From Gemmataceae bacterium (lineage in GTDB: Bacteria > Planctomycetota > Planctomycetia > Gemmatales > Gemmataceae): a stretch of DNA of 64,000 nucleotides. Positions 1 to 9,462 of this stretch are shown in pieces. The translations under genes and the position numbers were made by a program. A model generated the notes under the pieces. That model was given only the letters and a program-made list of their open reading frames with translations, did not search any database and had not been told where the DNA came from. Where the stretch lies: NCBI GenBank assembly GCA_046350295.1, contig JAXMAR010000001.1:117354-181353 (forward strand), read 5' to 3'. How positions within the stretch are numbered: position 1 is the stretch's first letter; each line of letters opens with the position of its first letter.

Positions 1-1
1 C

Positions 2-226
2 GGTCCTCGGCCTGATCCGGATAGCGCCGACCCCAAGGCGGTTGTCGTCCGTGTGGAACCGGTGCGGCGCTGGCCCAGGCCGGTCACGCTCGACCGCATC
101 AAGCAAGAGCCGGAACTCGCCGCCTGGGAGCTGGTGCGCTTGCCCAGGCTTTCCGTCCTGCCGGTCCTTCCCGAACAATGGAAGAAGCTGGAGGCGCTAG
201 CGGCCTTCGGAGCGTCGGGGACTTGA
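2..226 (+). CDS. 3' end of an EVE/PUA-like domain protein (partial; start lies outside the window)
   Basis: Open frame from the window edge to TGA at 224-226. The C-terminal peptide ...VRVEPVRRWPRPVTLDRIKQEPELAAWELVRLPRLSVLPV... resembles EVE domain C-termini. Confidence 0.4.
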   Translation, partial: GPRPDPDSADPKAVVVRVEPVRRWPRPVTLDRIKQEPELAAWELVRLPRLSVLPVLPEQWKKLEALAAFGASGT

Positions 227-429
227 CAGTTTCCGCCGCTCCCTACAATGGATTCTGGCCAAGGATGGTGGTTTGGCAACGGCGTTTTCATCCTGTTTGC
301 CCAGGAAGCCCTATCAAGGACGGTGCGCGTTTGGCCAGAAGCCAAACGCCCGAGGGGGCGGACCGCGGGGCCAGAGGCTTTCGGTCCGCGCTCATCAGAG
401 ACGAAAACGCCCCGGAGACGCGTCTCACT

Positions 430-1521
430 ATGTCCAAGAACAATGCCGACACGGGAGTCTATGGCAGTAAGCCGACTCTGTCGCGGCGCTCTGATCGCTT
501 CCTCGCCGGTCTGGCGGACTTCCAGACCGTCACCTTCGTGTCCCATGTGCAGCCCGACCCGGACAGCCTGGGCAGCATGGTCGGACTGGCCCACCTCGTC
601 GAAACCTGCCTCGGCAAGACCACCCGCCTCACCCGCGATGGCGACATCTGCCGCGCCGAGAACCGGATGATGGTCGAGGTCCTCGGCATTGAGCTTCAGC
701 CGATCCAGGAGGTCGACTGGCGCTCCGACGACGCCGTCGTCATGGTCGATAGCCAACCGAAGACGGGGCGGCACAGCTTCAACGGTGAGACGCGCATCTG
801 GGGCGTCATCGATCACCACCAGACCCCGGGCGACCTCACCGACATCCCGTTCCTCGACATCCGCCGGGGCATCGGCGCCACCTGCTCCCTCGTGACGCGC
901 TATCTCATGGAGCAGGAGCTGGACCTGTCGCCCCGGATCGCCACCGCCCTTTACTACGGCATCCACACCGAAGTCTCCGGCTATCCGCGCGAAGCCAGCG
1001 CCATCGACGACAACGCTCTCAATTTCCTCTTCCCGCGCATCGATCAAGACGTCCTGGCTCAGATCCGCAACGCCCCGCTCCCGGACTCCTTCTTCGAGGC
1101 CATGCTCCAGGCCCTGCAAAGCTCCTTCATCTACGACCGCCTCATCATCGGCTGGATCAACGACCTCGAAAGCCCCGACCTCGCCGCCCAGGTCGTCGAC
1201 TACCTGATCCGCCATGAAGGCATCCAGTGGGCGGTGTGCGCCGGCATCCACGCCGACCGCATGTACCTGTCCCTGCGCAGCAACCAGCCGCGCGCCCAGG
1301 CGGGCGAGATCTTGCGGCAAGTCGCCGCCAAGATGGGAGGCCGCGCCGGTGGCCACGATCGCCGCGCCGGCGGCTTCATTCCCCTCGCCAGCAGCGCCGC
1401 CTCCGCGATCGACAACGTGCAAGCCGAGTTCCGCCGCCGCCTCTTGAAGGCGCTCGACATCGAGGAGACGCGCGGCCGCCGCCTCGTGCCACGCCGCGAG
1501 ATGCTGCAGAACATGGTCTAG
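430..1521 (+). CDS. DHH/DHHA1 family phosphoesterase (NrnA-like oligoribonuclease/pAp phosphatase)
   Basis: ORF 178-1521 contains a DHH motif (VIDHHQTPG) and a DHHA1-like C-terminus (GGHDRRAGGF). The probable start is the internal ATG at 430 (MSKNNADTG). Confidence 0.8.
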   Translation: MSKNNADTGVYGSKPTLSRRSDRFLAGLADFQTVTFVSHVQPDPDSLGSMVGLAHLVETCLGKTTRLTRDGDICRAENRMMVEVLGIELQPIQEVDWRSDDAVVMVDSQPKTGRHSFNGETRIWGVIDHHQTPGDLTDIPFLDIRRGIGATCSLVTRYLMEQELDLSPRIATALYYGIHTEVSGYPREASAIDDNALNFLFPRIDQDVLAQIRNAPLPDSFFEAMLQALQSSFIYDRLIIGWINDLESPDLAAQVVDYLIRHEGIQWAVCAGIHADRMYLSLRSNQPRAQAGEILRQVAAKMGGRAGGHDRRAGGFIPLASSAASAIDNVQAEFRRRLLKALDIEETRGRRLVPRREMLQNMV

Positions 1522-1581
1522 ACCAGGCGCCTCGCCCTCCCGGCCTGACGCGGGCCGATATCGCTTCCGCTTGCCGTTCCG

Positions 1582-2205
1582 ATGGCCACCTTCGCGCTCA
1601 TTCCTGCCGCGGGCCATAGCCAACGCATGGGCCGGCCCAAGCTCGCCCTGCCGCTCGGCGAGCAAACGGTCCTCGAACGCGTCCTCGCCACCATCCGTCT
1701 GGCCGGCGTCGAGCGCACGCTTCTCGTGTTGGCGCCGCATGTCGCATTTCTCGAGGCCGTCGCCGGCGCGACCGATCCTGCCCGGCAAATCGAGATCCTT
1801 CTCCTCCCCGCCGCCACGTCCGATATGCGGACCACCGTCCAGCACGGCCTCGACTGGATTGAGTCCCACTGGCGTCCAGCCGGAGCCGACCGCTGGCTTC
1901 TCGTCCCCGCCGACCATCCCGTCCTGGACCCGGCCGTCATCCGCGCCCTGGGTCACGCTCTCGACCAGAGCCCAGTCTCCTCCATCGCCGTCCCCACGCA
2001 CCAAGGCAAGCGCGGCCACCCCACCCTCATCGCCTGGAAGCACGTGGCAAACCTGCGCTCCTTCCCGTACGATCAAGGGCTGAACACGTACCTGCGCCAG
2101 TTCCCCGCGGAGACAATCGAGCTGCCCTGGCCTGACGACAGCGTGCTGCGCGATCTGGATACTCCGGAGGACTACGCGAAGCTCGTTATGAAGCGAGGCG
2201 ATTAA
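1582..2205 (+). CDS. MobA-like NTP transferase domain protein (molybdenum cofactor guanylyl/cytidylyltransferase-like)
   Basis: N-terminal LIPAAGHSQRMGRPKLALPLG nucleotide-binding motif. Its length and internal motifs (LVPADHP, GKRGHP) are typical of MobA/MocA nucleotidyltransferases. Confidence 0.75.
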   Translation: MATFALIPAAGHSQRMGRPKLALPLGEQTVLERVLATIRLAGVERTLLVLAPHVAFLEAVAGATDPARQIEILLLPAATSDMRTTVQHGLDWIESHWRPAGADRWLLVPADHPVLDPAVIRALGHALDQSPVSSIAVPTHQGKRGHPTLIAWKHVANLRSFPYDQGLNTYLRQFPAETIELPWPDDSVLRDLDTPEDYAKLVMKRGD

Positions 2206-2210
2206 GATTG

Positions 2211-2297
2211 CGATTAGGATTACGATGTGGTCGTCACCGTCAGTCTCCTCCTAATCTTACAGTAATCCTAATCATAATCCTAATCCCTTCGCCTTCC
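2211..2297. repeat. AT-rich array of TAATCC/GGATTA direct and inverted repeats in the intergenic region upstream of the LLM oxidoreductase
   Basis: The sequence attaagattgcgattaggattacg ... ctaatcttacagtaatcctaatcataatcctaatcc has GATTAGGATTA and TAATCCTAATC as reverse complements, and TAATCCTAATC occurs twice in tandem. It is unusually AT-rich for this genome. Confidence 0.5.
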
Positions 2298-2339
2298 TTC
2301 CCTTTTCCTCTGGACTTTCTATCCCCGTGGTTCAATCGC

Positions 2340-3497
2340 ATGAAGTTCTACTTCTTCCACCTCATGCCCTGGCCCCATCTTCCCGCCGACTTCGATCAGA
2401 AGTACGACTCGGCGTGGATCTGGCTGCCGAACTCCCTTTACGACCCGGTCAAAGGCCACGAGCTTTACCAGGAATACATCAACACGCTCGCCTACGCCGA
2501 TGAGCTGGGCTTCGACGGCGTCTGCGTCAACGAGCATCATCAGAACGCCTATGGCCTGATGCCCTCCCCCAACGTCATCGCCGGCGCCCTGACGCAGCGG
2601 ACGAAGAACTGCAGGATCGCCGTCATCGGCAACGCCCTGCCCCTCTACAACCCGCCGCTCCGTGTCGCCGAGGAGTTCGCCATGCTCGACGTCATGTCGA
2701 ACGGCCGGCTCATCGCGGGACTGGTGATCGGCGGCGGCCCGGAGTATTACTCGTATCGCGTCGACCCCACGCAGGCGCGCGAACGATTCCGCGAAGCGCT
2801 CGACCTCGTCGTCAAGGCCTGGACAGTTCCCGGTCCGTTCGCCTGGAACTCAAAGCACTATCACCTGCCCTACGTCAACCCCTGGCCGCGGCCGATGCAG
2901 CAGCCGCATCCGCCGATCTGGATCCCGGGCGTGGGCAGCCTGGAGACAATCGAGTTCGTCGCCCAGCGCCGCTATTCCTACATGGGCATCCCCTACTTTC
3001 ACATCGACGTCTTTCGCAACGTCTTCCGCATGTTCCGCGAAGCCTGCGAGAAGGCGGGCTACACCCCCGATCCCGAGCAGATGGGCTGGGGCGTTCCCGT
3101 CTACGTCGCCGACACCGACAAGAAGGCCCGCGAAGAGTTCGAGGAGCCCTTCTGGTATTTCGCCCGCAACCTCCTCAAAGGCATCGGCATCACCCCGCCC
3201 GGCTACACCTCCGCCCGCTCCGCCGCCGCCATCCTCAAGAACCAGGGCAAGTTCCTCCACTACCAGAAGACCTGGGACGACATCGAGCGCGGCGTCTACG
3301 CCATCGTCGGCAGCCCGGAGACAGTCCGGCAGAAGCTCGAACACTACATCAAGGAGTTGGGCGTCGGCACGATCTTGACGGGTTGCCAGATCGGCGCGGC
3401 CGGACACGAGCAGACGCGGCGTAGCATGGAGCTGCTGGCTCGCGAAGTGATGCCGAAGCTGCGGAGCTTGGGGCCACGGGCCACTGCGGTCGCATGA
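2340..3497 (+). CDS. LLM-class (luciferase-like) flavin-dependent oxidoreductase
   Basis: MKFYFFHLMPW...DELGFDGVCVNEHHQ...RLIAGLVIGG is a luciferase-like monooxygenase signature. The start is at the internal ATG at 2340; the ORF-track start at 2208 would translate the repeat region. Confidence 0.8.
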   Translation: MKFYFFHLMPWPHLPADFDQKYDSAWIWLPNSLYDPVKGHELYQEYINTLAYADELGFDGVCVNEHHQNAYGLMPSPNVIAGALTQRTKNCRIAVIGNALPLYNPPLRVAEEFAMLDVMSNGRLIAGLVIGGGPEYYSYRVDPTQARERFREALDLVVKAWTVPGPFAWNSKHYHLPYVNPWPRPMQQPHPPIWIPGVGSLETIEFVAQRRYSYMGIPYFHIDVFRNVFRMFREACEKAGYTPDPEQMGWGVPVYVADTDKKAREEFEEPFWYFARNLLKGIGITPPGYTSARSAAAILKNQGKFLHYQKTWDDIERGVYAIVGSPETVRQKLEHYIKELGVGTILTGCQIGAAGHEQTRRSMELLAREVMPKLRSLGPRATAVA

Positions 3498-3757
3498 CGA
3501 GCCAATGAACCCTGTTTGTCAATAGGCCGGAACACCGTTCGAGTCCTCGCCAGCACCACTCGCGCAGACACACACGCCAACCGATTTGGCACACTCCTCT
3601 CCATCGCAGCAAGGACGGATCGCCGTTATGCCCTTCTCGGAGGCCCAGGCCAACCCTAAAAACGCCGCTAAGATTTTGGGCTCGCCGCGCAGCGGCCGAA
3701 GCCGCGCGTTACAGTCTACCTCGTGTTGGTTTCCTTGGAGCGAAGAGCGAAATCGCC

Positions 3758-4570
3758 ATGTCCTTCGAATCCGTCTATCGCGTGTCGCCTCGCAATTCGG
3801 TCCCCCTCGACGCCGAGGTCGATTTGCTGAGTCGCGAGCTTGGGATGGAACTGCCAATTGGCTATCGCGAGTATGCCACTTCATTCGGACCGGGCACGAT
3901 GTGCACCTTCTTAGTGGTCTACATGCCCAGCCAAATCGCGAAACCCGACAAGCGCGACGAGATGCACTATCGCGATGTGCTTGCCGTCGCCGCGCGATAC
4001 GCCTCCGACCCAGGCAATGTCGCTGGATTGGATTCCACGGACTTCGCGCGTGCCAAAGTTCTTGCCTATGCGTCCGCCGAACGGCCACTCTGGCTCGCCA
4101 CCCCAACTCAGGGATCGCGCCTCTTTGAACATGCGGATGGCGACACTTTCGAGATTGAGAACGGATTCTTCGGATTGGTAGAACGCTGCGCTGATGGGCA
4201 AGGGCATGAATTCGCTTTCTTCGAGCCAAACAACGGCCGCCGCCGGATGCGCCAGCTATACGTCCGCCCGGGAGTGGACCGCGCCGGTTTCGTTGAAGCG
4301 ATGGCGCGCCGATGGGGGAGCAATACCCTGCGCTGTTCGCGCCCTTCCAAGGAGGAACTCTACCCACATTACTTCGTCCACGCGATCGAGGCCCATATCG
4401 AGCTACATCTCGATCCCCAATATCCCAAGCTGCCAAGCGGCAGCTTCTTCGTGCGCGCGTCCTACGACGCCGACAGCGAGGCCGACTTCGCCGCGTTCGT
4501 TGAACCGTTGCTCTTGCCGGGCGGCGGTCCTCACGAATGCGCGGGTGATAAGCCTACTTGGTTACCATGA
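3758..4570 (+). CDS. hypothetical protein
   Basis: 270-aa ORF with ordinary amino-acid composition and no recognised motif. The Arg/Pro-rich antisense ORFs overlapping it were judged to be artefacts. Confidence 0.45.
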   Translation: MSFESVYRVSPRNSVPLDAEVDLLSRELGMELPIGYREYATSFGPGTMCTFLVVYMPSQIAKPDKRDEMHYRDVLAVAARYASDPGNVAGLDSTDFARAKVLAYASAERPLWLATPTQGSRLFEHADGDTFEIENGFFGLVERCADGQGHEFAFFEPNNGRRRMRQLYVRPGVDRAGFVEAMARRWGSNTLRCSRPSKEELYPHYFVHAIEAHIELHLDPQYPKLPSGSFFVRASYDADSEADFAAFVEPLLLPGGGPHECAGDKPTWLP

Positions 4571-4593
4571 CGGAGCAGACCTCGAGCCACGGA

Positions 4594-5019
4594 CTACGGA
4601 AGAATGACGCAATTCACGTTTGGATATTGCGACAAACCTTTGTCAAAGCTCGTTACCGTCAACTTTGCTGCCAACGCGAACGCGGCCAAGTAGGCGTCAT
4701 TCCAGACCTGCGGCGAATAGGTTTGACTCTGGGTAAACGCTCGCCAATGCGTCTCCACATCAGCGGGCTCACTGGAGAACGCAACACGGGGATCGCTCAG
4801 GAGAAGGTCATACGTCTGCCACGCTTCGGGCAAACGCAGCGCGTGCTTGCCAAAAGCGCTGCGATTGGTCGCCAAGCGCAGGAAGCCTTGTTGCGTCAGG
4901 CGGCAGAAGAAACAGACCTCGTTCACCGGCAGACCGTCAAACCACGTCTTCGCTGCGGGATGATGGACGTGCGAGTCAAAGGTCAAGGCCAGCCAGATGT
5001 TGACGTCAGGGAGATGCAT
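4594..5019 (-). CDS. vapC: type II toxin VapC (PIN domain)
   Basis: 141-aa protein with PIN-domain acidic residues (LPDVNIWLALTFDSHVHH...). It overlaps the upstream antitoxin gene by 14 nt. Confidence 0.75.
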   Translation of the reverse strand: MHLPDVNIWLALTFDSHVHHPAAKTWFDGLPVNEVCFFCRLTQQGFLRLATNRSAFGKHALRLPEAWQTYDLLLSDPRVAFSSEPADVETHWRAFTQSQTYSPQVWNDAYLAAFALAAKLTVTSFDKGLSQYPNVNCVILP

Positions 5020-5236
5020 CTTCTTGGTCGAGGATCTCCGCGATGCGGGCGCCCGTCAGCGGTACGGTACCCGGCTCGCCGGTTCGGACCAAGGGAACCT
5101 GGATCCGCCGCTTCTCGGTCACCGCCTTGGCGCTCGATAGCGCCGGATAGGTTACAGTCACGGCGGCGCCTTCAGGCAGCGGCGCCCCTGCCTCTAACAC
5201 CACAACGCCATTCTGAAATCGGCCGGGAAGGACCAT
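5006..5236 (-). CDS. vapB: VapB-type antitoxin (DUF104/AbrB-like swapped-hairpin family)
   Basis: 77-aa MVLPGRFQNGVVVLEAGAPLPEGAAVTVTY... starting at the internal ATG of ORF 5006-5440. It is a paralog of the antitoxin at 40211-40447. Confidence 0.6.
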   Translation of the reverse strand: MVLPGRFQNGVVVLEAGAPLPEGAAVTVTYPALSSAKAVTEKRRIQVPLVRTGEPGTVPLTGARIAEILDQEDASP

Positions 5237-5440
5237 GCCGTTATTGTTCCCTGGACAAGAGCGCGCGTCAAGCAGTCCGTCGGGCGAGCATGGGCAAGCG
5301 CGAGGCGGCGGTGGCGTGACCGTTGAACGGAACGAAGGCGCCCGAGCGTGGCACGCCCTGAGGCTTTGCGAAGGGCGTGGGGTTGATCGCGCGACGCCCA
5401 CGCCCTTCGAAGACTCAGGGCGTGCCACCCACCAAAGCAC

Positions 5441-7204
5441 TCACGGCCTTGCCCGCCCGGTCCGTTTCGTGATCCACTCGGCCACCCGCTCCAGCAGCAC
5501 CGGCGCCAGCGTTTCCTCGATGGCGCCGTATTCCGCGCCGGCGCCCGTCTTGCACGTCTGGAACAGGTGGTTCAAGTCGGGAAGCTCCACGATGGTGACA
5601 TCCTTGGCGCCCCCTTCCTTGAGCGCCGCTTCAATCGCCGCCAGATTCACCTTGGCATCCACCTGCACGTCCTTGGCGCCGTTAAGGGCCAGGACCGGGC
5701 AGGTCACCTTTCGCAGCGCCGGCCGCGGATCGTAGTCCATGAAGTACCGTCCCCACGGGCTCAAGACCAGCTGCTTGTGGCTTTCGATCACCACCAGGGC
5801 CGCGGCTGATTCCTTCTTCTCCTCCGCGCTGAGCTTGCCCGTGATCTCCTTCAGAGCGGCGCCCGCTTTCTTCTCCGCTTCTGCGAGGTCTTTTTCCGCG
5901 CGGACTACGGCGAACAAACGATCCTGCAACGTCTTCAGCAGCGCCAGCTCTTCGGGGCGGGCTCTGCCGGCCAGCTTGAGGCCGGCGGCGCTTTGCGTGC
6001 AGAGGATCTCGTGGCCCGGCACGCCGGTTCCCGCCAGCAGCACGATGAACGCCACGTCCTTCGAGCGGCTGGCGACCAGCGGCGCGATCGCGCCTCCTTC
6101 GCTGTGGCCGAGCAGGCCGATCCGCGCCGGGTCGATCTCCTTGCGGCCCTTGAGGAACTCGACGCCCGCCAGCACGTCCTCGGCGAAATCGGCGGTCGTG
6201 GACTTCGGCACGCTGCCGGTCGAGCCGCCGACGCCGCGGTCATCCACGCGCAAGACGGCGATGCCGCGCCGCGTCAGGTGGTCGGCCAGGACGAGGAACG
6301 GCTTGTGCCCCAGGATCGTCTCGTCGCGGTCCTGCGCTCCCGAGCCGGTGATCAAGAGCACGGCGGGAAACGGGCCTTTCGAGCGCGGCACGGTCAAGCT
6401 CCCGGCCAGCTTGACGCCGTGCAGCTTGTTCTCGTAGGCGACCTCGATCTCGTCGTAAGGGTACGGCTTCTTGGGGGTCTGCGGCCGGCTCGCCTCCGTC
6501 GCCTTGGGGACTCGCTTGAGCGTGAACGGAATCGACAGGCCGGCCTGGTTGAAGGTTCCCGCGATCTCCTGGCCGTCTTTGCTCCGCTTCCCTTCGAAGA
6601 CGATCTTGGCCACGCTCAGCTCCAGGCGGACCGCATCCTCTTTGACGGTGGCCTCGTCGAGGACCAGGCCCTTGACCCCCTGGTCCGGACTGTCCATGGC
6701 GCCGGCGTAACTGCCGTCTTTCTGCTTGAAGAGATGAAAGACGAGGCGAACCTCCGTGGCGCCGGCCTTGAGCTTCCCCTCGTAAATCTCTTCAACGCCG
6801 GTGGGCGCGGGCTTGGCGGCGGGCCGGATCTGCAGCCCGGTGATTTTCGCCTCGCCGTCAAAGACGACGCGAACGTCGAGCGTCGCCTTGGCGAAGGCGC
6901 ACGTCACGTAGATGATCTGATACTTGTCCTTGGTCTCGGCGCGGGCGCCGAGCTGTTTCTTGAAGGCGCCGGCCTCGGCGATGACTTCCTCCCAGGTCTT
7001 CTTCAACTCCTCGGCCGGAATGGCCTTGAGCATGACCGCATCGAACTTCTCCGTCGCTTTGGCGAACTCCCCCTTGTCGAGCCGCTCGACGAGCAATCGG
7101 GCCGCCCGTTCCAGCGGCTTGGGCTCCGCCTTTTCCTGGGCCGGACAGGCGAGCGGTAGCACCGCCAGCACAAGGACGGCCACGAAGCCGCGACGTGCAA
7201 ACAT
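5441..7204 (-). CDS. secreted alpha/beta hydrolase (dienelactone hydrolase/S9-like) with an N-terminal domain of unknown function
   Basis: Signal peptide MFARRGFVAVLVLAVLPLACPAQE. The nucleophile elbow GHSEGG and the C-terminal half are typical of alpha/beta hydrolases. Confidence 0.8.
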   Translation of the reverse strand: MFARRGFVAVLVLAVLPLACPAQEKAEPKPLERAARLLVERLDKGEFAKATEKFDAVMLKAIPAEELKKTWEEVIAEAGAFKKQLGARAETKDKYQIIYVTCAFAKATLDVRVVFDGEAKITGLQIRPAAKPAPTGVEEIYEGKLKAGATEVRLVFHLFKQKDGSYAGAMDSPDQGVKGLVLDEATVKEDAVRLELSVAKIVFEGKRSKDGQEIAGTFNQAGLSIPFTLKRVPKATEASRPQTPKKPYPYDEIEVAYENKLHGVKLAGSLTVPRSKGPFPAVLLITGSGAQDRDETILGHKPFLVLADHLTRRGIAVLRVDDRGVGGSTGSVPKSTTADFAEDVLAGVEFLKGRKEIDPARIGLLGHSEGGAIAPLVASRSKDVAFIVLLAGTGVPGHEILCTQSAAGLKLAGRARPEELALLKTLQDRLFAVVRAEKDLAEAEKKAGAALKEITGKLSAEEKKESAAALVVIESHKQLVLSPWGRYFMDYDPRPALRKVTCPVLALNGAKDVQVDAKVNLAAIEAALKEGGAKDVTIVELPDLNHLFQTCKTGAGAEYGAIEETLAPVLLERVAEWITKRTGRARP

Positions 7205-7246
7205 GGGTACGTCTCCTGGATATGCGATTCTCTCTGCCCGATTGCG

Positions 7247-8050
7247 TCACTTGCGCCGATGCTCCTTGAAGAAGCGAACGATCAGCTCCGGCGCTTCCGT
7301 GGGAAACGCATGGCCGCCGGGACCAATCAGTGTAACCAGGGGAGCGCCGCTACGCGATCGGTATTCGGTCCCTGCCAGGCTTCCCGCCTTCGCCCAGTCC
7401 TTCCCCTTCGCGTCGCAGCCGTTCACCTTGCGTACGGCGTCGATCGCGATCTGCTGCCATTCGTACTTGACCAGCGCGTCCTTCTCCCCGGCGACGTGCA
7501 GCGCCGGCAAGGGGGGCACGCCCTTGAACCAGGCGCGGTTCGGCACGGCGGCGGAGGGCGCGACGGCGGCGAAAACGTCGCCGCGCTGGGCCCAGAGCAG
7601 GTAGGTGAACGCTCCGCCATTCGAGTGGCCCGTGACGTAGGTGCGCTTCGTGTCGACCTTGAACTCGGACTTGAGCGAGGCGAGGACGGTGTCGAACAGC
7701 TTGAGGTCGCGGTCCCCCTGGTCGCCCGGACCGCGCTGCCAGCCCGGCTTCTTGCCGTCCGGGTCCGTCAACTTCCCCGGCGTGTTGAGGCCTTGAAGAT
7801 AAACGACGAGCGCCTCGGGCCAGCGCTTGTGCAGGGCGAAGGAGCGGGCCGCGTTCGCCATCGTCCCCCCATGGCCATGGAAGACGAACACCAAAGGCGT
7901 CTCGGTCTTCCGCGCCTCGGCCGGGACATGGACAAGCCCCTTGCGGGCGGCGCCGTCCACCTTCCATTCCCGTTCCGAGAGCGCCTGCGCCGGCGCCAGG
8001 GCCGGCGCGGCTACCAACAGCATCGTGGCGAGAGCCGATGGCCGTGTCAT
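7247..8050 (-). CDS. secreted esterase of the PHB depolymerase/CE1 family (alpha/beta hydrolase)
   Basis: Signal peptide, then FVFHGHGG and the GHSNGG nucleophile elbow. Confidence 0.75.
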   Translation of the reverse strand: MTRPSALATMLLVAAPALAPAQALSEREWKVDGAARKGLVHVPAEARKTETPLVFVFHGHGGTMANAARSFALHKRWPEALVVYLQGLNTPGKLTDPDGKKPGWQRGPGDQGDRDLKLFDTVLASLKSEFKVDTKRTYVTGHSNGGAFTYLLWAQRGDVFAAVAPSAAVPNRAWFKGVPPLPALHVAGEKDALVKYEWQQIAIDAVRKVNGCDAKGKDWAKAGSLAGTEYRSRSGAPLVTLIGPGGHAFPTEAPELIVRFFKEHRRK

Positions 8051-8158
8051 TGTTGGATTACCTTTCCGCTGAACAGAACTCGTGGCTTGCCCGCAATCCG
8101 CGTTCCTGCCATTCTCGTCTTATGAATGGCGGTTGTCATCGAAATGAAGGAGGAGATC

Positions 8159-9343
8159 ATGTCTTTACGCAGGTTCATGCTGGTCCCGGGAATGCTCTGT
8201 CTGCTGGCCCTCTGGTCGGGCCACGCCTCGGCGGGGGAGAAGGCCGCACGCGCTGAAGTCAAGGCGGAGAAGCCCGCCGCCAAGCCGCAGGTCGAGGTCG
8301 TCTTCTGCCTCGATACCACCGGCAGCATGTCCGGCCTGATCGACGTGGCCAAGAAGAAGATCTGGTCCATTTCCAACCAGATCGCCAGCGGCAAGCCGAC
8401 GCCTGCCCTCAAGGTCGGTCTCGTCGCCTATCGCGACCGCGGCGATTCCTACATCACCAAGGTCTTCGACCTCAGCGACGATCTCGACTCGATCCACGGC
8501 CACCTGATGGGCTTCACGGCCAATGAGGGTGGCGACGAGCCGGAGAGCGTCAACCAGGCGCTTTTCGACGCCGTGCACAAGATCACCTGGAGCAAGGACA
8601 AGAAGACGCTGAAGATGATCTTCCTGGTCGGCGACGCCCCGCCACACATGGACTACCCGGACGACGTGAAGTACCCCGATACGTGCAAGGAAGCGGTAAA
8701 GCGCGACATCATCATCAACACCGTCCTGTGCGGCTCGAGCGCCACGGCCAAGGACCACTGGCTGAAGATCTGCCGCCTGGCCGAAGGCTCGTTCGTGCAG
8801 ATCGACGCGGCGGGCGGGCCGGTGGTGGCGATCGCGACGCCATTCGACAAAGAGCTGGCGGAGATCAGCGTGAAGTTCTCGACCTCGACCCTGGTCTACG
8901 GCGGCGACAAGGCCAAGGCGGAGGCGGAGAAACGGGTGACGGAGTCCGCGGCGTTGCCGCTGGCGACCGCGGCGCCGCGAGCCGCTTACCTGGCCCGCAC
9001 GGACGGCGGCGCCACCGCCTACGACCTGATCAAGGGCATCAAGGACGGCAAGGTAAAGCTCGAGGAGCTCAAAAAGGAAGAACTTCCCAAGGAGCTGGTG
9101 GGCAAGAACCTCACCGAGCAAAAGCAGATCCTGGAGAAGCTCGACAAGGAGCGCGAGGTGCTGAGCAAGCGGGCGCTCGAACTGGAGAAGATGCGCAACG
9201 AGTTCATCGCCAAGAAGATCGCCGAGGACACCAAGCTGGCCACCCCGACGAGCTTCGAGAACGAGGTGCTCGGCATCCTCCGCGTGCAGGCAGGCCGGCG
9301 CAGCGGCATCGCGTATGACGTCGCGGAGCCGAAGAAGAAGTGA
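8159..9343 (+). CDS. secreted von Willebrand factor type A (vWA) domain protein with a C-terminal coiled coil
   Basis: MIDAS motif VVFCLDTTGSM after a signal peptide. GGAGGA ribosome-binding site before the ATG at 8159. The C-terminus is Lys/Glu-rich and predicted coiled coil. Confidence 0.8.
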   Translation: MSLRRFMLVPGMLCLLALWSGHASAGEKAARAEVKAEKPAAKPQVEVVFCLDTTGSMSGLIDVAKKKIWSISNQIASGKPTPALKVGLVAYRDRGDSYITKVFDLSDDLDSIHGHLMGFTANEGGDEPESVNQALFDAVHKITWSKDKKTLKMIFLVGDAPPHMDYPDDVKYPDTCKEAVKRDIIINTVLCGSSATAKDHWLKICRLAEGSFVQIDAAGGPVVAIATPFDKELAEISVKFSTSTLVYGGDKAKAEAEKRVTESAALPLATAAPRAAYLARTDGGATAYDLIKGIKDGKVKLEELKKEELPKELVGKNLTEQKQILEKLDKEREVLSKRALELEKMRNEFIAKKIAEDTKLATPTSFENEVLGILRVQAGRRSGIAYDVAEPKKK

Positions 9344-9462
9344 CGAACCCGAAGCAAACCTCCGAGGACCGTCCGCGGCGAGCGCCCGGACGGTCCTTCT
9401 TTTCTCTACGACCACCTCGGAGGCGTGGCATAAGGTAGCCGGCGGTTGAGCCGGCGTCCCGT

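Noticed and set aside
3519-4436. 305-aa minus-strand Arg-rich ORF
   Set aside because: Composition (RRR runs) indicates antisense of the plus-strand hypothetical gene 3758-4570.
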